DNA from: Negativicutes bacterium
GTDB taxonomy: Bacteria; Bacillota; Negativicutes; UBA1444
Assembly: GCA_963665275.2 (NCBI GenBank)
Contig: CAXXIN010000006.1
Location: forward strand, 26,164-90,163
Direction: 5' to 3'
Length of the DNA: 64,000 nt
Position 1 is the first letter of the stretch. Each line of letters opens with the position of its first letter. Of the stretch, positions 37,984 to 49,284 are shown one piece after another. Below the pieces are notes generated by a model. The model was given only the letters and a program-made list of their open reading frames with translations. It had not been told where the DNA came from and did no database searches. A program made the position numbers and the translations under genes.

Positions 37984-39302
37984 TTGGCAATGGAGCGGTA
38001 ATCACCCGTGATCCAGCGGCTTCTTTTTGGGCCGAGGGATGCGTGGCGGTGCGCGGCAATAAAATTGTCGAAATCGGAACCACGGAAACGATAAGGGGAA
38101 AATATCCCGCGGCTTCGTTTCTTGACGCCGGTGGACGGGTGATCATGCCCGGTCTGATCAATACGCATATGCACTGCTATAGCAGTTTTGCCCGCGGAAT
38201 GGATCTGAAAGCAGCATCCCCGCATGAGTTCAATGAGATTCTGGAGCGTCTCTGGTGGCGTCTCGACAAAAAACTGACGCTGGAAGATGTTTATTATTGT
38301 GCGGCGGTGGCAATGATCGATTGTATCAAGAATGGTACAACCACGATCTTCGATCATCATGCTAGCCCTTTCTGTGCGACTGGCAGCTTATTTCGGATGG
38401 AAGAAGCTGCGAAAATGCTGGGAATTCGGACCTGCCTGTGCTATGAGGTCTCAGACCGCGACGGGGGGCAAGTCGCGCAACAGGGGATCAATGAAAATGT
38501 CGACTACATCAAAGCTTGTGGCGAGACAAATGATCCGATGCGACGGGCTCTTTTTGGCCTGCATGCATCGTTTACTTTGAATGATGCACTTCTGCGCCAG
38601 TGCTCTCTGACGGCCGCTTCCCTGGGAGTGGGGTGCCATATCCACACGGCGGAGGCCTTGTCGGATGTTGAGGCATGTCAAACCAATCATGGAAAGCGAG
38701 TGGTGGAACGATTAAACGATTTTGGCGTTCTGAAGCCCGCAACGATTGCAGCGCACTGCGTTCAAGTCAATGAACGGGAAATCGAAATTATGCGGGAAAC
38801 GGCTCCGTTTGTCGTACACAATCCCGAATCCAACATGGGGAATGCCGTCGGCTGCGCGCCGGTGCTGGAAATGCTGCGGCAAGGCGTCCGGGTGGGACTT
38901 GGAACAGACGGCTATACTACCGACATGTTTGAATCTCTGAAAGTGGCCAACCTGCTGCACAAGCACCAACAACATGATGCTGCAGCGGCTTGGGTGGAAC
39001 CGCACTCCATGCTCTTTGAGCAGAATGCGGATTTTGCTTCGGCCTGTTTTGGAGAGACTCTTGGCCGACTCATTCCCGGTGCGCTGGCCGACATCCTCAT
39101 CGTGGATTATGATCCGCCGACACCCATGACCTCAAACAATTTTAATGGGCATTTGCTATTTGGCATGACCGGACATTCTGTAGTGACGACGGTAATCAAC
39201 GGGCAGGTCGTGATGCAGAACCGGCAGATCGGCCTAGCTGACGAGAAGGAAGTTTTCGCCAAGGCACGAGGTTTGGCTGCGGAGCTGTGGCGGCGTTTTT
39301 AG
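37974..39302 (+). CDS. ssnA: Putative aminohydrolase SsnA
   Basis: PGLINTHMHCYS, LWWRLD, DHHAS, GLHASFT and HNPESNMGNAVG. Confidence 0.88.
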   Translation: MLLIGNGAVITRDPAASFWAEGCVAVRGNKIVEIGTTETIRGKYPAASFLDAGGRVIMPGLINTHMHCYSSFARGMDLKAASPHEFNEILERLWWRLDKKLTLEDVYYCAAVAMIDCIKNGTTTIFDHHASPFCATGSLFRMEEAAKMLGIRTCLCYEVSDRDGGQVAQQGINENVDYIKACGETNDPMRRALFGLHASFTLNDALLRQCSLTAASLGVGCHIHTAEALSDVEACQTNHGKRVVERLNDFGVLKPATIAAHCVQVNEREIEIMRETAPFVVHNPESNMGNAVGCAPVLEMLRQGVRVGLGTDGYTTDMFESLKVANLLHKHQQHDAAAAWVEPHSMLFEQNADFASACFGETLGRLIPGALADILIVDYDPPTPMTSNNFNGHLLFGMTGHSVVTTVINGQVVMQNRQIGLADEKEVFAKARGLAAELWRRF

Positions 39303-39403
39303 TGTCAAGGGAATGATTTTTAGGCACGTAATTGATGTTTTGCTGGACTCATGACGCGAAATACGATATCATAAATGGCGGAATTATACACATTTGTGTA
39401 ATG

Positions 39404-39446
39404 GAGCGAAGACGCTCTGCGGGAGGATCGCCGCAGGGCTTTTCTT
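39404..39446 (+). promoter_or_regulatory. Leader terminator overlapped by a small hexaloop hairpin (attenuator candidate)
   Basis: GAGC-GAAGAC-GCTC overlaps the 5' arm of GCTCTGCGG/CCGCAGGGC plus TTTTCTT. Confidence 0.5.
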
Positions 39447-39507
39447 ATAACCGGTCTAATAACCAGACGAGAAATGGGTGATTTTGGTATGTGGGAGGCT
39501 GCATCTG

Positions 39508-40584
39508 GTGAAGGGCAAGACCTTGATGGTATCTTTCGCGGCGCTAGTGGGTGCGCTGTTGATCGGAGCAATTTTTATTCTGCTGGCCAAATCTGATCCG
39601 ATACGTGCGTACGGGGTTATGCTGACCGGACCCTTTTCCAGCATGTTCGGTATTACGGAGACTCTAGTGCGAACGACGCCGCTGTTATTGACGGGCTTGG
39701 GGATCATCATCTCCTTTCGCAGCGGTGTGCTGAATATCGGCGGCGAAGGGCAGATCCTAATGGGCGCGATTGCTTCGGCCGGCGTAGCGCTGACTTTCGC
39801 CAGCTTGCCGGGTTTGGTGCTGTTCCCGCTGGTGCTGGTGTCGGGAGCTCTGGCAGGAGGCCTCTGGGGTGGAATTGCCGGATTTTTGAAAGCAAGACTC
39901 AAAGTCAATGAAATCCTAAGCACCGTGATGCTCAATCAGATTGCAGCGCAGCTTTACTTGCTGCTGATTCGGGGAATCTTGATCGACCCGCAGGAAGTGG
40001 CGTATGGTACCGGTGTGCCGCAAACTGCGCTGGTGCCGGATGTGGTGTGGTTGACTCGTCTGATTCCGGGGACCCGACTCAATACTGGTTTCATTCTGGC
40101 GCTTGTTCTGGCTGTATTGACGTATATCTTATTGATGCGCACAACGGTGGGTTATCGGCTGCGGGCAGTTGGGGAAGGCCCCGAAGCCTCAAGATATGCG
40201 GGAATCAATGTGCCCATCTATATGGTTTTGTCTATGTTTTTGGCAGGTGCTTTGGCAGGACTGGCCGGAACAGTAGAAGTGCTGGGGGTTCACCATCGGG
40301 CGTTGGAGGACATCTCTGCGGGATATGGATTCAGTGCCATTGTTGCGGCGTTGTTCGGCCGGCTCCACCCTATCGGGATCATCCCGGCGTCGGTGTTGTT
40401 CGGTGCTCTGATTCTGGGCGCGGACATGATGCAGCGGGCGGTCAGTATTCCAGCGGCCATCGTGATGGTGATACAGGGTTTTGTCATTCTGTTCGTGGTG
40501 GCAAGCGATGTTTTCATCCGCCGGCCGGAATTGCTGGAACAGTTTAAATCCTGGCGGCGACGCCGTTCCGGGGAGGAGGCGTAG
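39508..40584 (+). CDS. Nucleoside/purine ABC transporter permease 1
   Basis: LNIGGEGQ, NEILSTVMLN and GYGFSAIVAAL; GTG after GGGAGG. Confidence 0.88.
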   Translation: MKGKTLMVSFAALVGALLIGAIFILLAKSDPIRAYGVMLTGPFSSMFGITETLVRTTPLLLTGLGIIISFRSGVLNIGGEGQILMGAIASAGVALTFASLPGLVLFPLVLVSGALAGGLWGGIAGFLKARLKVNEILSTVMLNQIAAQLYLLLIRGILIDPQEVAYGTGVPQTALVPDVVWLTRLIPGTRLNTGFILALVLAVLTYILLMRTTVGYRLRAVGEGPEASRYAGINVPIYMVLSMFLAGALAGLAGTVEVLGVHHRALEDISAGYGFSAIVAALFGRLHPIGIIPASVLFGALILGADMMQRAVSIPAAIVMVIQGFVILFVVASDVFIRRPELLEQFKSWRRRRSGEEA

Positions 40585-40588
40585 CAGC

Positions 40589-41521
40589 ATGGATTTGATG
40601 GAGCAGGGAATTCTTGTCGGGATTATCGCTACAGGCATCCGTCTGGCGATCCCGTATTTGTTGGCGGCGCTCGGTGAAATGATGACGCAGCGTTCAGGAG
40701 TTTACAACCTGGGGCTGGAAGGCATCATGCTAATGGGTGCGTTTTTCGGGTTCTATGTTACTTTTATCAGCCACTCTCCCATGTTGGGACTGCTCGCGGC
40801 GATCCTCGCAGGGGCATTGATGGGCCTTCTGATGGCGTTTATCAGCGTTACCCTGCAGGCCGAGCAGGGAATCAGCGGCATCGGGTTGTCCTTGTTGGGG
40901 TGGGGCCTTTCCGGTCTCTTCTTTCGTCTGTATGTCGGCGGAATCCAAACTATCGAGGGAATCAATCCTTGGAAAATTCCTTTTTTGGGCGACATCCCCG
41001 TAGTCGGACCCATGTTCTTTAATCACAATGTGATTGCTTATTTTGCTTTTCTGCTGGTGCCGATTTCCTGGTTTGTCCTGTTCCGGACTACTTGGGGCCT
41101 CAGTGTGCGTGCTGTCGGCATGACGCCGCAGGCGGTAGATACACTCGGAGTCAGTGTGACGAAAATTCGTTACCAATGCCTGATTCTGGGAGGCATGCTG
41201 GCCGGACTGGCCGGAGCTACACTGACGGTCGCCAACACCCACATGTTTGCGGACAATATCACAGCCGGACGTGGGTTTATCGCCATCGCACTAGTCTATT
41301 TTGGCCGCTGGAGTCCCTGGGGAATTTTGGCCGGATCCCTGTTGTTCAGCATGGCAGATTCTTTCCAGCTTTGGGTACAGGTGCTCGGGATCAATTTCCC
41401 GTATGAACTGGCAGTAATGCTGCCCTATATCGTGACCATCGTGGCCTTGATGGTTTCCTTCGGACGTGTCTGGCCGCCTGCCGCATTGGGCAAGCCATAT
41501 GAACGCGGAGTCCGAGGGTGA
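40589..41521 (+). CDS. Nucleoside/purine ABC transporter permease 2
   Basis: RSGVYNLGLEG, GRGFIAIA and PAALGKPY. Confidence 0.88.
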   Translation: MDLMEQGILVGIIATGIRLAIPYLLAALGEMMTQRSGVYNLGLEGIMLMGAFFGFYVTFISHSPMLGLLAAILAGALMGLLMAFISVTLQAEQGISGIGLSLLGWGLSGLFFRLYVGGIQTIEGINPWKIPFLGDIPVVGPMFFNHNVIAYFAFLLVPISWFVLFRTTWGLSVRAVGMTPQAVDTLGVSVTKIRYQCLILGGMLAGLAGATLTVANTHMFADNITAGRGFIAIALVYFGRWSPWGILAGSLLFSMADSFQLWVQVLGINFPYELAVMLPYIVTIVALMVSFGRVWPPAALGKPYERGVRG

Positions 41522-41582
41522 GAATAAAACCATTCTATTAAGGAAGAACAAAAGCTCAAACAAAAAGTTAGGGGGCAAACAA

Positions 41583-42614
41583 ATGAAAAGCACACGCAAA
41601 ATTCTCCAGGTGGTTCTCGCAATGGTCCTGGCCTTATCCCTTCTGATCGCCGGCTGTGGCGGAACTGAACAGAAACCGGCAGCGCCGAAGGCCGATGCAC
41701 CCAAGACCCAGAAACTCAAAATCGCCTTGGTTTTGCCGAGCACTGTCGATGACATGGCTTGGGCCCAATCCATGTATGAAGCCTTGAAAAAACTTCAGTC
41801 CCAATCCAAAGACGGTATAGAACTGGCGGTCAGTGAGCGCATGGGCAAACCGGTGGATGCCGGTGCTGCCATCCGTCAATATGCCACGCAGGGCTTTGAC
41901 ATCATCATCGCTCACGGGGCTCAATATCAAAGCGTGGTGAAAGAAATCGCGCCTGAGTTCCCCAAGATCACATTCGCCTATGGAACCGGATTCCAAACAG
42001 GCCCGAATATTTTTGCTTATGATCCTCAGGCTCAAGAAGGCGCTTATGTCATGGGCGTTCTGGCCGCTAAAATGTCCAAATCCAAAATCGTCGGAATCGT
42101 CGGCCCCGTAGAAGCGGGCGACGCCATCAAATACAACAAAGGCTTCCAGCTGGGCGTGGCTGCTGCCGGCAGCGATGTGAAAACCCGCATTGCGTATACC
42201 GGATCGTTTAACGAAATAGTAAAAGCCGGCGAAATTGCCAAAACCCATATGGATGCAGGCGCGGACTTCCTGACTGGATCTTCCCAACAAGCCGTCGGTG
42301 CGATCAAGGCAGTAGCCGGCAAGCCCGGTACCTATTGGTTGTCGACTGATATGGACCAAAGCGCGGTTGCTCCTGATTCGGTAATCGCTTCGCAGGTATA
42401 CAACTGGGAAAAAGTTCTCACGAAAATCATGGATCTCAGGAAAAGCGGCACGGTGGGCGGGCAACACCTGACCCTGTCCTTTGCCGACGGAATGCTGGAA
42501 CTGAAATATAATCCCAAACTGGAAGGGAAAATTCCTAAAGAAGTGAAGGACGCCGTTGAAAAAGCCAAGAAAGACATCGCTTCCGGCGCCGTTAAAATCG
42601 ATCTGTCCAAGTAA
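41583..42614 (+). CDS. BMP-family substrate-binding lipoprotein
   Basis: Lipobox LIAGC; DDMAWAQ, IIAHGAQY and YTGSF. Confidence 0.88.
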   Translation: MKSTRKILQVVLAMVLALSLLIAGCGGTEQKPAAPKADAPKTQKLKIALVLPSTVDDMAWAQSMYEALKKLQSQSKDGIELAVSERMGKPVDAGAAIRQYATQGFDIIIAHGAQYQSVVKEIAPEFPKITFAYGTGFQTGPNIFAYDPQAQEGAYVMGVLAAKMSKSKIVGIVGPVEAGDAIKYNKGFQLGVAAAGSDVKTRIAYTGSFNEIVKAGEIAKTHMDAGADFLTGSSQQAVGAIKAVAGKPGTYWLSTDMDQSAVAPDSVIASQVYNWEKVLTKIMDLRKSGTVGGQHLTLSFADGMLELKYNPKLEGKIPKEVKDAVEKAKKDIASGAVKIDLSK

Positions 42615-42647
42615 GAACAAAGGGATGCCGACCGGGGGAGTGGAGAA

Positions 42648-44204
42648 ATGAGCAGCAAAATCAAACATCTGGAAATGAGGGATATCGTCAAGCGGTTTCC
42701 CGGAGTGCTCAGCAATGACCAGGTCAGCATTGATATTTCTGCGGGAGAAGTGCTGGCCTTGCTGGGAGAAAATGGAGCCGGAAAAACTACATTGATGAAT
42801 GTTCTGTATGGCCTGTATCAGCCGGATGGGGGCAATATCTTCCTCAACGGCGAACCTGTTCATATCGGCTCTCCCCGGTCTGCTATCGACAAAGGAATCG
42901 GCATGGTGCATCAACATTTTATGCTGGTGCCCACGCTGACCGTTTGCGAAAACGTCGCGCTAGGCATGCCTTCGGCGAAAGGCGCGTTATTGGACCTGGC
43001 GCCGGTGGCGCGAAAAATAATTGAAATTGGCGCTACATACGGTGTAGCGGTGAATCCGGAAGCGTATGTATGGCAACTCAGTGTGGGTGAGCAGCAACGG
43101 GTGGAAATCATCAAAGCCTTGTACCGGGGCGCCGACCTGCTGATCCTGGATGAGCCTACCGCCGTGCTGACGCCGCAGGAAGCGCAAGATCTGATTGTCT
43201 TATTGAAGACCATGGCGAACCAGGGGCGTTCCATCATCATCATCAGCCATAAGCTCCATGAAGTCATGGAAGTTAGCGACCGGGTTGTTGTATTGCGTGA
43301 TGGAAAGAAGGTCGGTTCGGTCAATACTCGCGACACCAATCCGGAAGAATTGGCCCGGATGATGGTAGGTCGGGATTCCAAAATGATTACCCGCGAGTAT
43401 CGGGAATTTACAGGAGAAAGTGTCCTGAGCGTGGAAAACCTCTGCGTAACGAACAACATGGGTACTCCGGCCTTGCGGGGAATTTCCCTGGGAGTGAGGC
43501 CCGGTGAAATTCTCGGGATTGCCGGTGTTTCCGGCAATGGACAAAAGGAATTCGCCGAAGCCGTCAGCGGATTACGCCCTGTGGATTCAGGCAGAGTGCT
43601 GTTGTCAGGATCGGAAATTACCAACTGCTCACCGAAAAAGATTATAGACAAAGGGATGGGATATGTCCCGGAAGACCGGTTGCACGTAGGAACCATTCCT
43701 TCGTTTACGATCTGGGAAAACTTGCTGTTGAAAGATCATGGAGACACACCTTTTTCCCGGGGAAGTTTTTTAAATACTTCCTTGATTCGTTCCCACAGCG
43801 AAACCCTGGTCAGCGAATACGGCATCAAGACCCCGGATCTGGAAACTGCGACTGGAAAATTGTCCGGCGGCAACATTCAGCGCTTGATTATGGCACGGGA
43901 GATCACCCGCAAGCCCAAAGTTCTGGTTGCTGCTTATCCGACGCGTGGATTGGATATCGGCGCCGCCGAATATGTGCATGAAATGCTCCTGAATGCGAGC
44001 CGTGCGGGCATGGGAATTATCTTGATTTCCGAAGAACTTGATGAAGTGCAAAAATTGAGTGACCGGGTCGCCGTATTTTTTGACGGACGAATTATGGATG
44101 TGCTGCCGGTGGCAGCTGCCGATGAAAAAACGTTGGGTCTCTTGATGGCTGGACTTTGTGCGACAGATGAAATGGCCTCTGATAAAAAGCAGGAGGGGAA
44201 ATAA
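42648..44204 (+). CDS. ABC transporter ATP-binding protein (duplicated NBD, CUT2 type)
   Basis: GENGAGKT, LSVGEQQRVEI and LSGGNIQR. Confidence 0.92.
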   Translation: MSSKIKHLEMRDIVKRFPGVLSNDQVSIDISAGEVLALLGENGAGKTTLMNVLYGLYQPDGGNIFLNGEPVHIGSPRSAIDKGIGMVHQHFMLVPTLTVCENVALGMPSAKGALLDLAPVARKIIEIGATYGVAVNPEAYVWQLSVGEQQRVEIIKALYRGADLLILDEPTAVLTPQEAQDLIVLLKTMANQGRSIIIISHKLHEVMEVSDRVVVLRDGKKVGSVNTRDTNPEELARMMVGRDSKMITREYREFTGESVLSVENLCVTNNMGTPALRGISLGVRPGEILGIAGVSGNGQKEFAEAVSGLRPVDSGRVLLSGSEITNCSPKKIIDKGMGYVPEDRLHVGTIPSFTIWENLLLKDHGDTPFSRGSFLNTSLIRSHSETLVSEYGIKTPDLETATGKLSGGNIQRLIMAREITRKPKVLVAAYPTRGLDIGAAEYVHEMLLNASRAGMGIILISEELDEVQKLSDRVAVFFDGRIMDVLPVAAADEKTLGLLMAGLCATDEMASDKKQEGK

Positions 44205-44205
44205 A

Positions 44206-45288
44206 TTGGCTGATTTGTCGGTTGAAATTTGCGGTTTGTATTTTGCCTCGCCCCTGATGCCGGCAGCCGGACCTCCCACTCGTGATGGCGCAGCCTGTGT
44301 TGCTGCTGCTAGAGGTGGAGCTGGTGCGATCGTGAGCAAGACCATTTCAATGGAACCGGCGCAGATTCCCCGCCCCTGCATGTCTGACGTTCAGATTGGG
44401 ATGCTGAACACTGAGCTTTGGTCGGAGCTGCCGAAGGAACAATGGATTGAGACGGAATATGCCATTGCGAAAGCTGCCGGTGTGCCGCTCATTGTCGGTT
44501 TGGGTTATACTGCTGAGCAAATCCGTGAACTCGCAGTTCTGGTCCGGCCATTTGCTGATGCACTGGAACTATCATGCCATTATATTGGTAATGATCTGAA
44601 ACCGATCACCGATGCGGTCAAGGCGGCAAAACAGGCCGCTGACGTGCCTGTTTTCGTGAAGATGAGCCCACATCCGAATATTCAGGATATCGCAGTGGCG
44701 GTGGAAGCAGCCGGGGCCGATGCACTGGTCATGATCAATTCGTTTGGTCCCTGTATGGGCATCGATATTGAAACAGGCTTGCCGCTCATGGGGAGTCAAA
44801 CCGGTTACGGATGGTTGTCTGGGCGGGCGATCAAAGCGCTGGCTGTCCGCTGTATTTTCGATGCTTATCAGGCAGTGAAAATTCCCATCTTTGGCGTCGG
44901 CGGCATCGCCAGCGGCAAAGACGTGGCGGAGATGTTCATGGCCGGGGCGTCGGCGGTTCAACTTTGTACCGAAGCAATCCTGAAGGGACCATCTGTCTAC
45001 GGTAAAATTGCCGGAGAGCTCAATGCGTTTCTGGACAGTCACGGGTATGCTTCCGTCAATGAAATCAAGGGGCTGACACAGCGCAAGATCAAGGAACGTC
45101 AGTTTTCGACCGAACCAATACCGCCAGCAGTCAATGCGGTGAAATGCATTGGATGCGGTAATTGCGTTCGAAGTTGCCCTTATCAGGCAATTACTCTGGA
45201 AAATAAAGTGGCGACCATTTATTCTCAGCATTGCTTTGGCTGCGGACTGTGCGTCAGCCGCTGCCCAGTGGGTGCGATTCGGTTTTAA
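44206..45288 (+). CDS. Dihydroorotate/dihydropyrimidine dehydrogenase-like FMN protein with C-terminal 2x[4Fe-4S]
   Basis: PAAGPPT, SKT, PVFVKMSP, GVGGI, CIGCGNCVRSCP and CFGCGLCVSRCP; TTG start. Confidence 0.85.
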   Translation: MADLSVEICGLYFASPLMPAAGPPTRDGAACVAAARGGAGAIVSKTISMEPAQIPRPCMSDVQIGMLNTELWSELPKEQWIETEYAIAKAAGVPLIVGLGYTAEQIRELAVLVRPFADALELSCHYIGNDLKPITDAVKAAKQAADVPVFVKMSPHPNIQDIAVAVEAAGADALVMINSFGPCMGIDIETGLPLMGSQTGYGWLSGRAIKALAVRCIFDAYQAVKIPIFGVGGIASGKDVAEMFMAGASAVQLCTEAILKGPSVYGKIAGELNAFLDSHGYASVNEIKGLTQRKIKERQFSTEPIPPAVNAVKCIGCGNCVRSCPYQAITLENKVATIYSQHCFGCGLCVSRCPVGAIRF

Positions 45289-45336
45289 CAAAAAGTATTG
45301 GATTTACTCATACGATGACCATAAAGGGGTAAGAAT

Positions 45337-46703
45337 ATGGGTATTGTTTTAAAGAACGGAATTATCGTGAATTCCGACTCGACGGAACGGCTGGATCTTC
45401 GGATCGATGGTTCGGTTGTAGATAGAATGGGTCTGGACCTGGCACTAGCAGACGATGAAGTTGTCGATGTCGCCGGGTGTTATCTGTTTCCTGGAGGGAT
45501 TGACCCGCATACCCACTTTGATCTTGATACAGGCAGTACTGTTACCGCTGATGATTTCACCAGTGGATCGCGCGCGGCTCTGGCGGGCGGAACGACGACT
45601 GTGCTTGACTATGCCACTCAACCTCGGGGTGACAGTTTGGCTGCGGCGTTGTCGATATGGCATCGCAAGGCGAGGGGCAAAAGTTTTACGGATTATGGAT
45701 TTCATGTGGCCATGATTGACTGCAAGGAATCGATTTTGCGGGAACTGGCGGAATTGCCTCTGCGACAGGGTGTTGCATCGGTGAAACTCTACATGGCATA
45801 TAAGGACATTTTGCAGGTCAATGATGGCGACCTGCTTAAAGTTATGCGCATTTGTCGCAAGCGTGGGCTGCGGGTCTGCCTACATTGCGAAAACGGTGAC
45901 ATTATTCAGGAATTGGTCAGGGAAGCGACAGCCACTGGAAAAAATTCGCCGTTGCAACATGCGCTAACTCGGCCGGAAGCAGTTGAGGTGGAAGCCGTTA
46001 ATCGGGCGATTTGTCTGGCGGAGATCACTGGGTGCCCATTGTATATTGTTCACGTCAGTTCGGGCAGAGCCGGGGATATTATCAGGGAAGCGCAGCGGCG
46101 CGGACTCTCGGTGACAGCCGAAACCTGTCCACAATATCTGCTACTGGATGAAACTTGTTATGAAAAGGCTGGTTTTGAAGCGGCGAAGTATGTGATGTCG
46201 CCTCCTCTGCGCAGCAGGGACAACCAGGAACGATTATGGCAGGCTCTGAAAGACGGTGCTCTTGCCTGCGTCGGTTCGGATCACTGCTCGTTTAATCTGG
46301 CAAGGGCAAAAAGAACTGGGCCGGCAAGATTTCTCACGCATTCCCAATGGGGCTCCCGGAGTGGAGAACCGTTTCGGGCTGATGTACACGTTCGGTGTGG
46401 CGACAGGTCGGCTCAATTTGCAGGATTTTGTCAGTGTGACTTCTAGCAACGCTGCCAAAACTGTTTGGGTTGTATCCCCGCAAAGGGGTGTTGAGCCCTG
46501 GCAGCGACGCCGATGTCGTGGTTTGGGATCCGACCCGGCGTTCGATCATTAGAGCAGCAACCCAGCAACAAAAGGTAGATTACAACACTTATGAAGGCTT
46601 CGAACAGATCGGAGCGGTCCAGCAAGTGTTTTTGCGGGGGCTCAAGGTAATCAAAGATGGAGTGATTCAGATGGGGACCGGCGGGAATATATTTGCCTCG
46701 TAA
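45337..46703 (+). pseudogene. hydA: Dihydropyrimidinase/hydantoinase (HydA/HyuA), frameshifted as sequenced
   Basis: PGGIDPHTH, KLYMAY, YVMSPPLR and SDHC; continues GQKELG..IPNGAPGVE and LFGLYPRKG after +1 shifts at about 46297 and 46457-46460. Confidence 0.82.
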
Positions 46704-46730
46704 GCCGCTTGTTATTGGGGAGGGAAGTTG

Positions 46731-49284
46731 ATGGTTCAGTTCACATTGAACGGACAGCTGGTTTCTGTCGAAGCGGACGAAAACTTGCTCGAATATCTGC
46801 GTGAGACGCAGCGGCTGACATCGTTGAAAAATGGCTGCTCCGAAGGTTCCTGCGGCGCGTGCATGGTGTTGATTGATGGATTGGCAATGCGGGCCTGTCT
46901 CCAGCTGCTAAGCCGGGTTCATGGCAAGACGGTCACTACGGTGGAAGGGGCTGACTGAACAAGAAAAAAAGGCTTATACTTGGGCATTTGCCGAAGCCGG
47001 AGCCGTGCAGTGCGGTTTTTGCACACCAGGGATGGTAATCAGTGCAAAGGCATTGCTGGACAAGGACCCTGAGCCATCGGCCGCCCGAATTAAAGAAGCT
47101 TTGCGCGGCAATATCTGCCGCTGCACCGGTTATGTCAAGATTGAAAAAGCGATCATGATGGCTGCTCGTGTTCTACGAGGGGAGGTGGCTGTTCCCGCAG
47201 AAGCCGGCGCCGGCGTCGGAGAACGAGTGGCCCGGATGGACGCGGCTGAGAAAGTGTTGGGAACAGGTCAGTACGTCGATGATATGAAAGTTCCCGACAT
47301 GTTGTATGCGGCCGTGCTGCGCACGCCATTGGCCCGCGCCCGTATTTTGGCCATCCATACGGATGCAGCCTGCGCACTCGAAGGAGTGAAGGCTGTCATG
47401 ACTGCCTCCGATATTCCTGGACAGCGGCTATGGGGTCATTTGAAACGGGACTGGCCGGCCCTGATCGCCATTGGGGAAGAGAGTCGCTATATCGGTGATG
47501 CGTTGGCGATCGTAGCGGCGACGACGAAAAAAATAGCCCGAGAAGCTGTGAACCTGATTCGTCTCGAATATGAAGAACTGCCGCCGATTCTTTCCCCGCA
47601 GGCAGCAATGGCTGTTGATGCGCCGAGGCTTCACCCGGATGGAAACATTCTGAGCCGGGTTGATTTTTCGCGCGGCGATGTCGGACAGGCTCTCGCGTCT
47701 GCCGCTCACACCGTGACCCGCAGTTATCAGACGCCGCCGACGGAACACGCATTTCTGGAGCCGGAAAGCGCGCTGGCGATACCGGGGGATGATGGGAAAA
47801 TCACGGTTTATATCGGCAGCCAGAGTGTCTACGACGACCATCATGGTATTGCGGCCACCCTCGGATTGCCGGGCGAAAAGGTTCGTGTTATCAGCAAGTT
47901 GGTCGGAGGCGCATTTGGCGGCAAGGAAGACCTTTCGGTGCAGCATCATGCGGCATTGTTGGCGCAAAAAACCGGCAAACCGGTCAAACTGACGCTGAGC
48001 CGCCAGGAAAGCATTCGGGTGCACCCGAAACGCCATGCGATGGAAATCACCCTCACTACTGCCTGTGATAAGGACGGAAATCTGGTGGCGATGAAGGCCC
48101 GCATCATAGCGGATACCGGTGCGTATGCTTCACTTGGCGGACCGGTAGTGCAGCGCGCTTGTACACATGTGTCCGGGCCTTATCAGATTCCTGCTATCGA
48201 AATCAACGGCATGGCCGTATATACGAACAATCCGCCTGCAGGCGCCTTCCGTGGTTTTGGGGTTCCTCAGGCTACTTTTGCCAGTGAGATGAATCTCAAT
48301 CTACTGGCGGATCTAACGGGCCTCAGTCCGTGGGAAATTCGCTTCCGCAACGCGCTGGAACCCGGATCGGTCATGGCTACCGGCCAGATCGCGGATGATA
48401 GTACGGCGATTAAAGAAACCCTATTAGCGGTCAAGGCAGAATACGAAGCTGCCCAGATCGCCGGGATTGCCTGCGCCTTGAAAAATACCGGCCTGGGAGT
48501 TGGCGTGCCGGATACTGGACGCGCGATTCTGCGGGTTCGACAGGGAAAAGTGGAAATATTGACCGGCGCAGCCTGTGTGGGGCAGGGGCTGGCGACTATT
48601 CTGCGGCAGATTGTATGTGAAACGGCGCCTGTTAGTCCGGATCTCGTTCTCATGCATGCACCAGACACGGATGTGACGCCTGATGCCGGGACGACCACGG
48701 CTTCGCGGCAAACGCTGTTCACCGGTGAAGCGGTTCGGCAGGCGGCGTTGGGACTGGCGCAAGTCTTAAAGTCGGAATCGCTGGCGGCAATCGAGGGACA
48801 GGAATTCGCCGGACAATACAGGGCTGAAACCGATCCGTTAAACTCTGATAAATCTCATCCTGTCAATCATGTTGCGTTCGGGTATGCAACTCAGGTGGTG
48901 TGCCTGAATGAAACCGGCTGGTTGCGAAAAGTCGTGGCAGCCCATGATGTCGGGAGGGCGATCAATCCCACCAGCGTCGAAGGGCAGATCGAAGGGGCTA
49001 TTGCCATGGGTCTGGGCTATGCATTGCAGGAAGATTTCCCGATGAACCGGGGAGTGCCGACAGCTAAGTTCGGAACACTGGGATTATTTAGGTCTACCGA
49101 TATGCCGGAGATAAAAACCTATCTGATCGAAAAAAATCCCTCCACGCTCGCTTATGGCGCAAAGGGAATCGGGGAAATCGCGACTATTCCGACGGCGCCG
49201 GCGGTTGCCGGAGCTTATTATCGATATGACCGAATTTTTCGGACGCAGCTGCCTCTATCCAACACAAAATACAGCAAATACTGA
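46731..49284 (+). pseudogene. xdh: Selenium-dependent xanthine dehydrogenase-type Mo hydroxylase (2Fe-2S plus Mo domains), one frameshift
   Basis: GCSEGSCGAC, VQCGFCTPG, NICRCTGY, GGAFGGK, AFRGFG and GAKGIGE; extra G in GGGG at 46947-46950. Confidence 0.85.

Noticed and set aside
39310-39500. Purine riboswitch upstream of the ABC operon
   Set aside because: Lacks the TATAA..ATATGG..GTTTCTACC..CCGTAAA..GACTA core
41634-42917. Long antisense ORFs (e.g. 41634-42917, 23472-24473, 27472-28470, 42911-43696)
   Set aside because: Shadow frames opposite well-supported genes, with no motifs or RBS
46956-46958. TGA after the xdh N-terminal ORF as a selenocysteine codon
   Set aside because: Homology continues in a different frame (VEG-LTEQEK), so this is a frameshift; Se in these hydroxylases is a labile cofactor, not Sec
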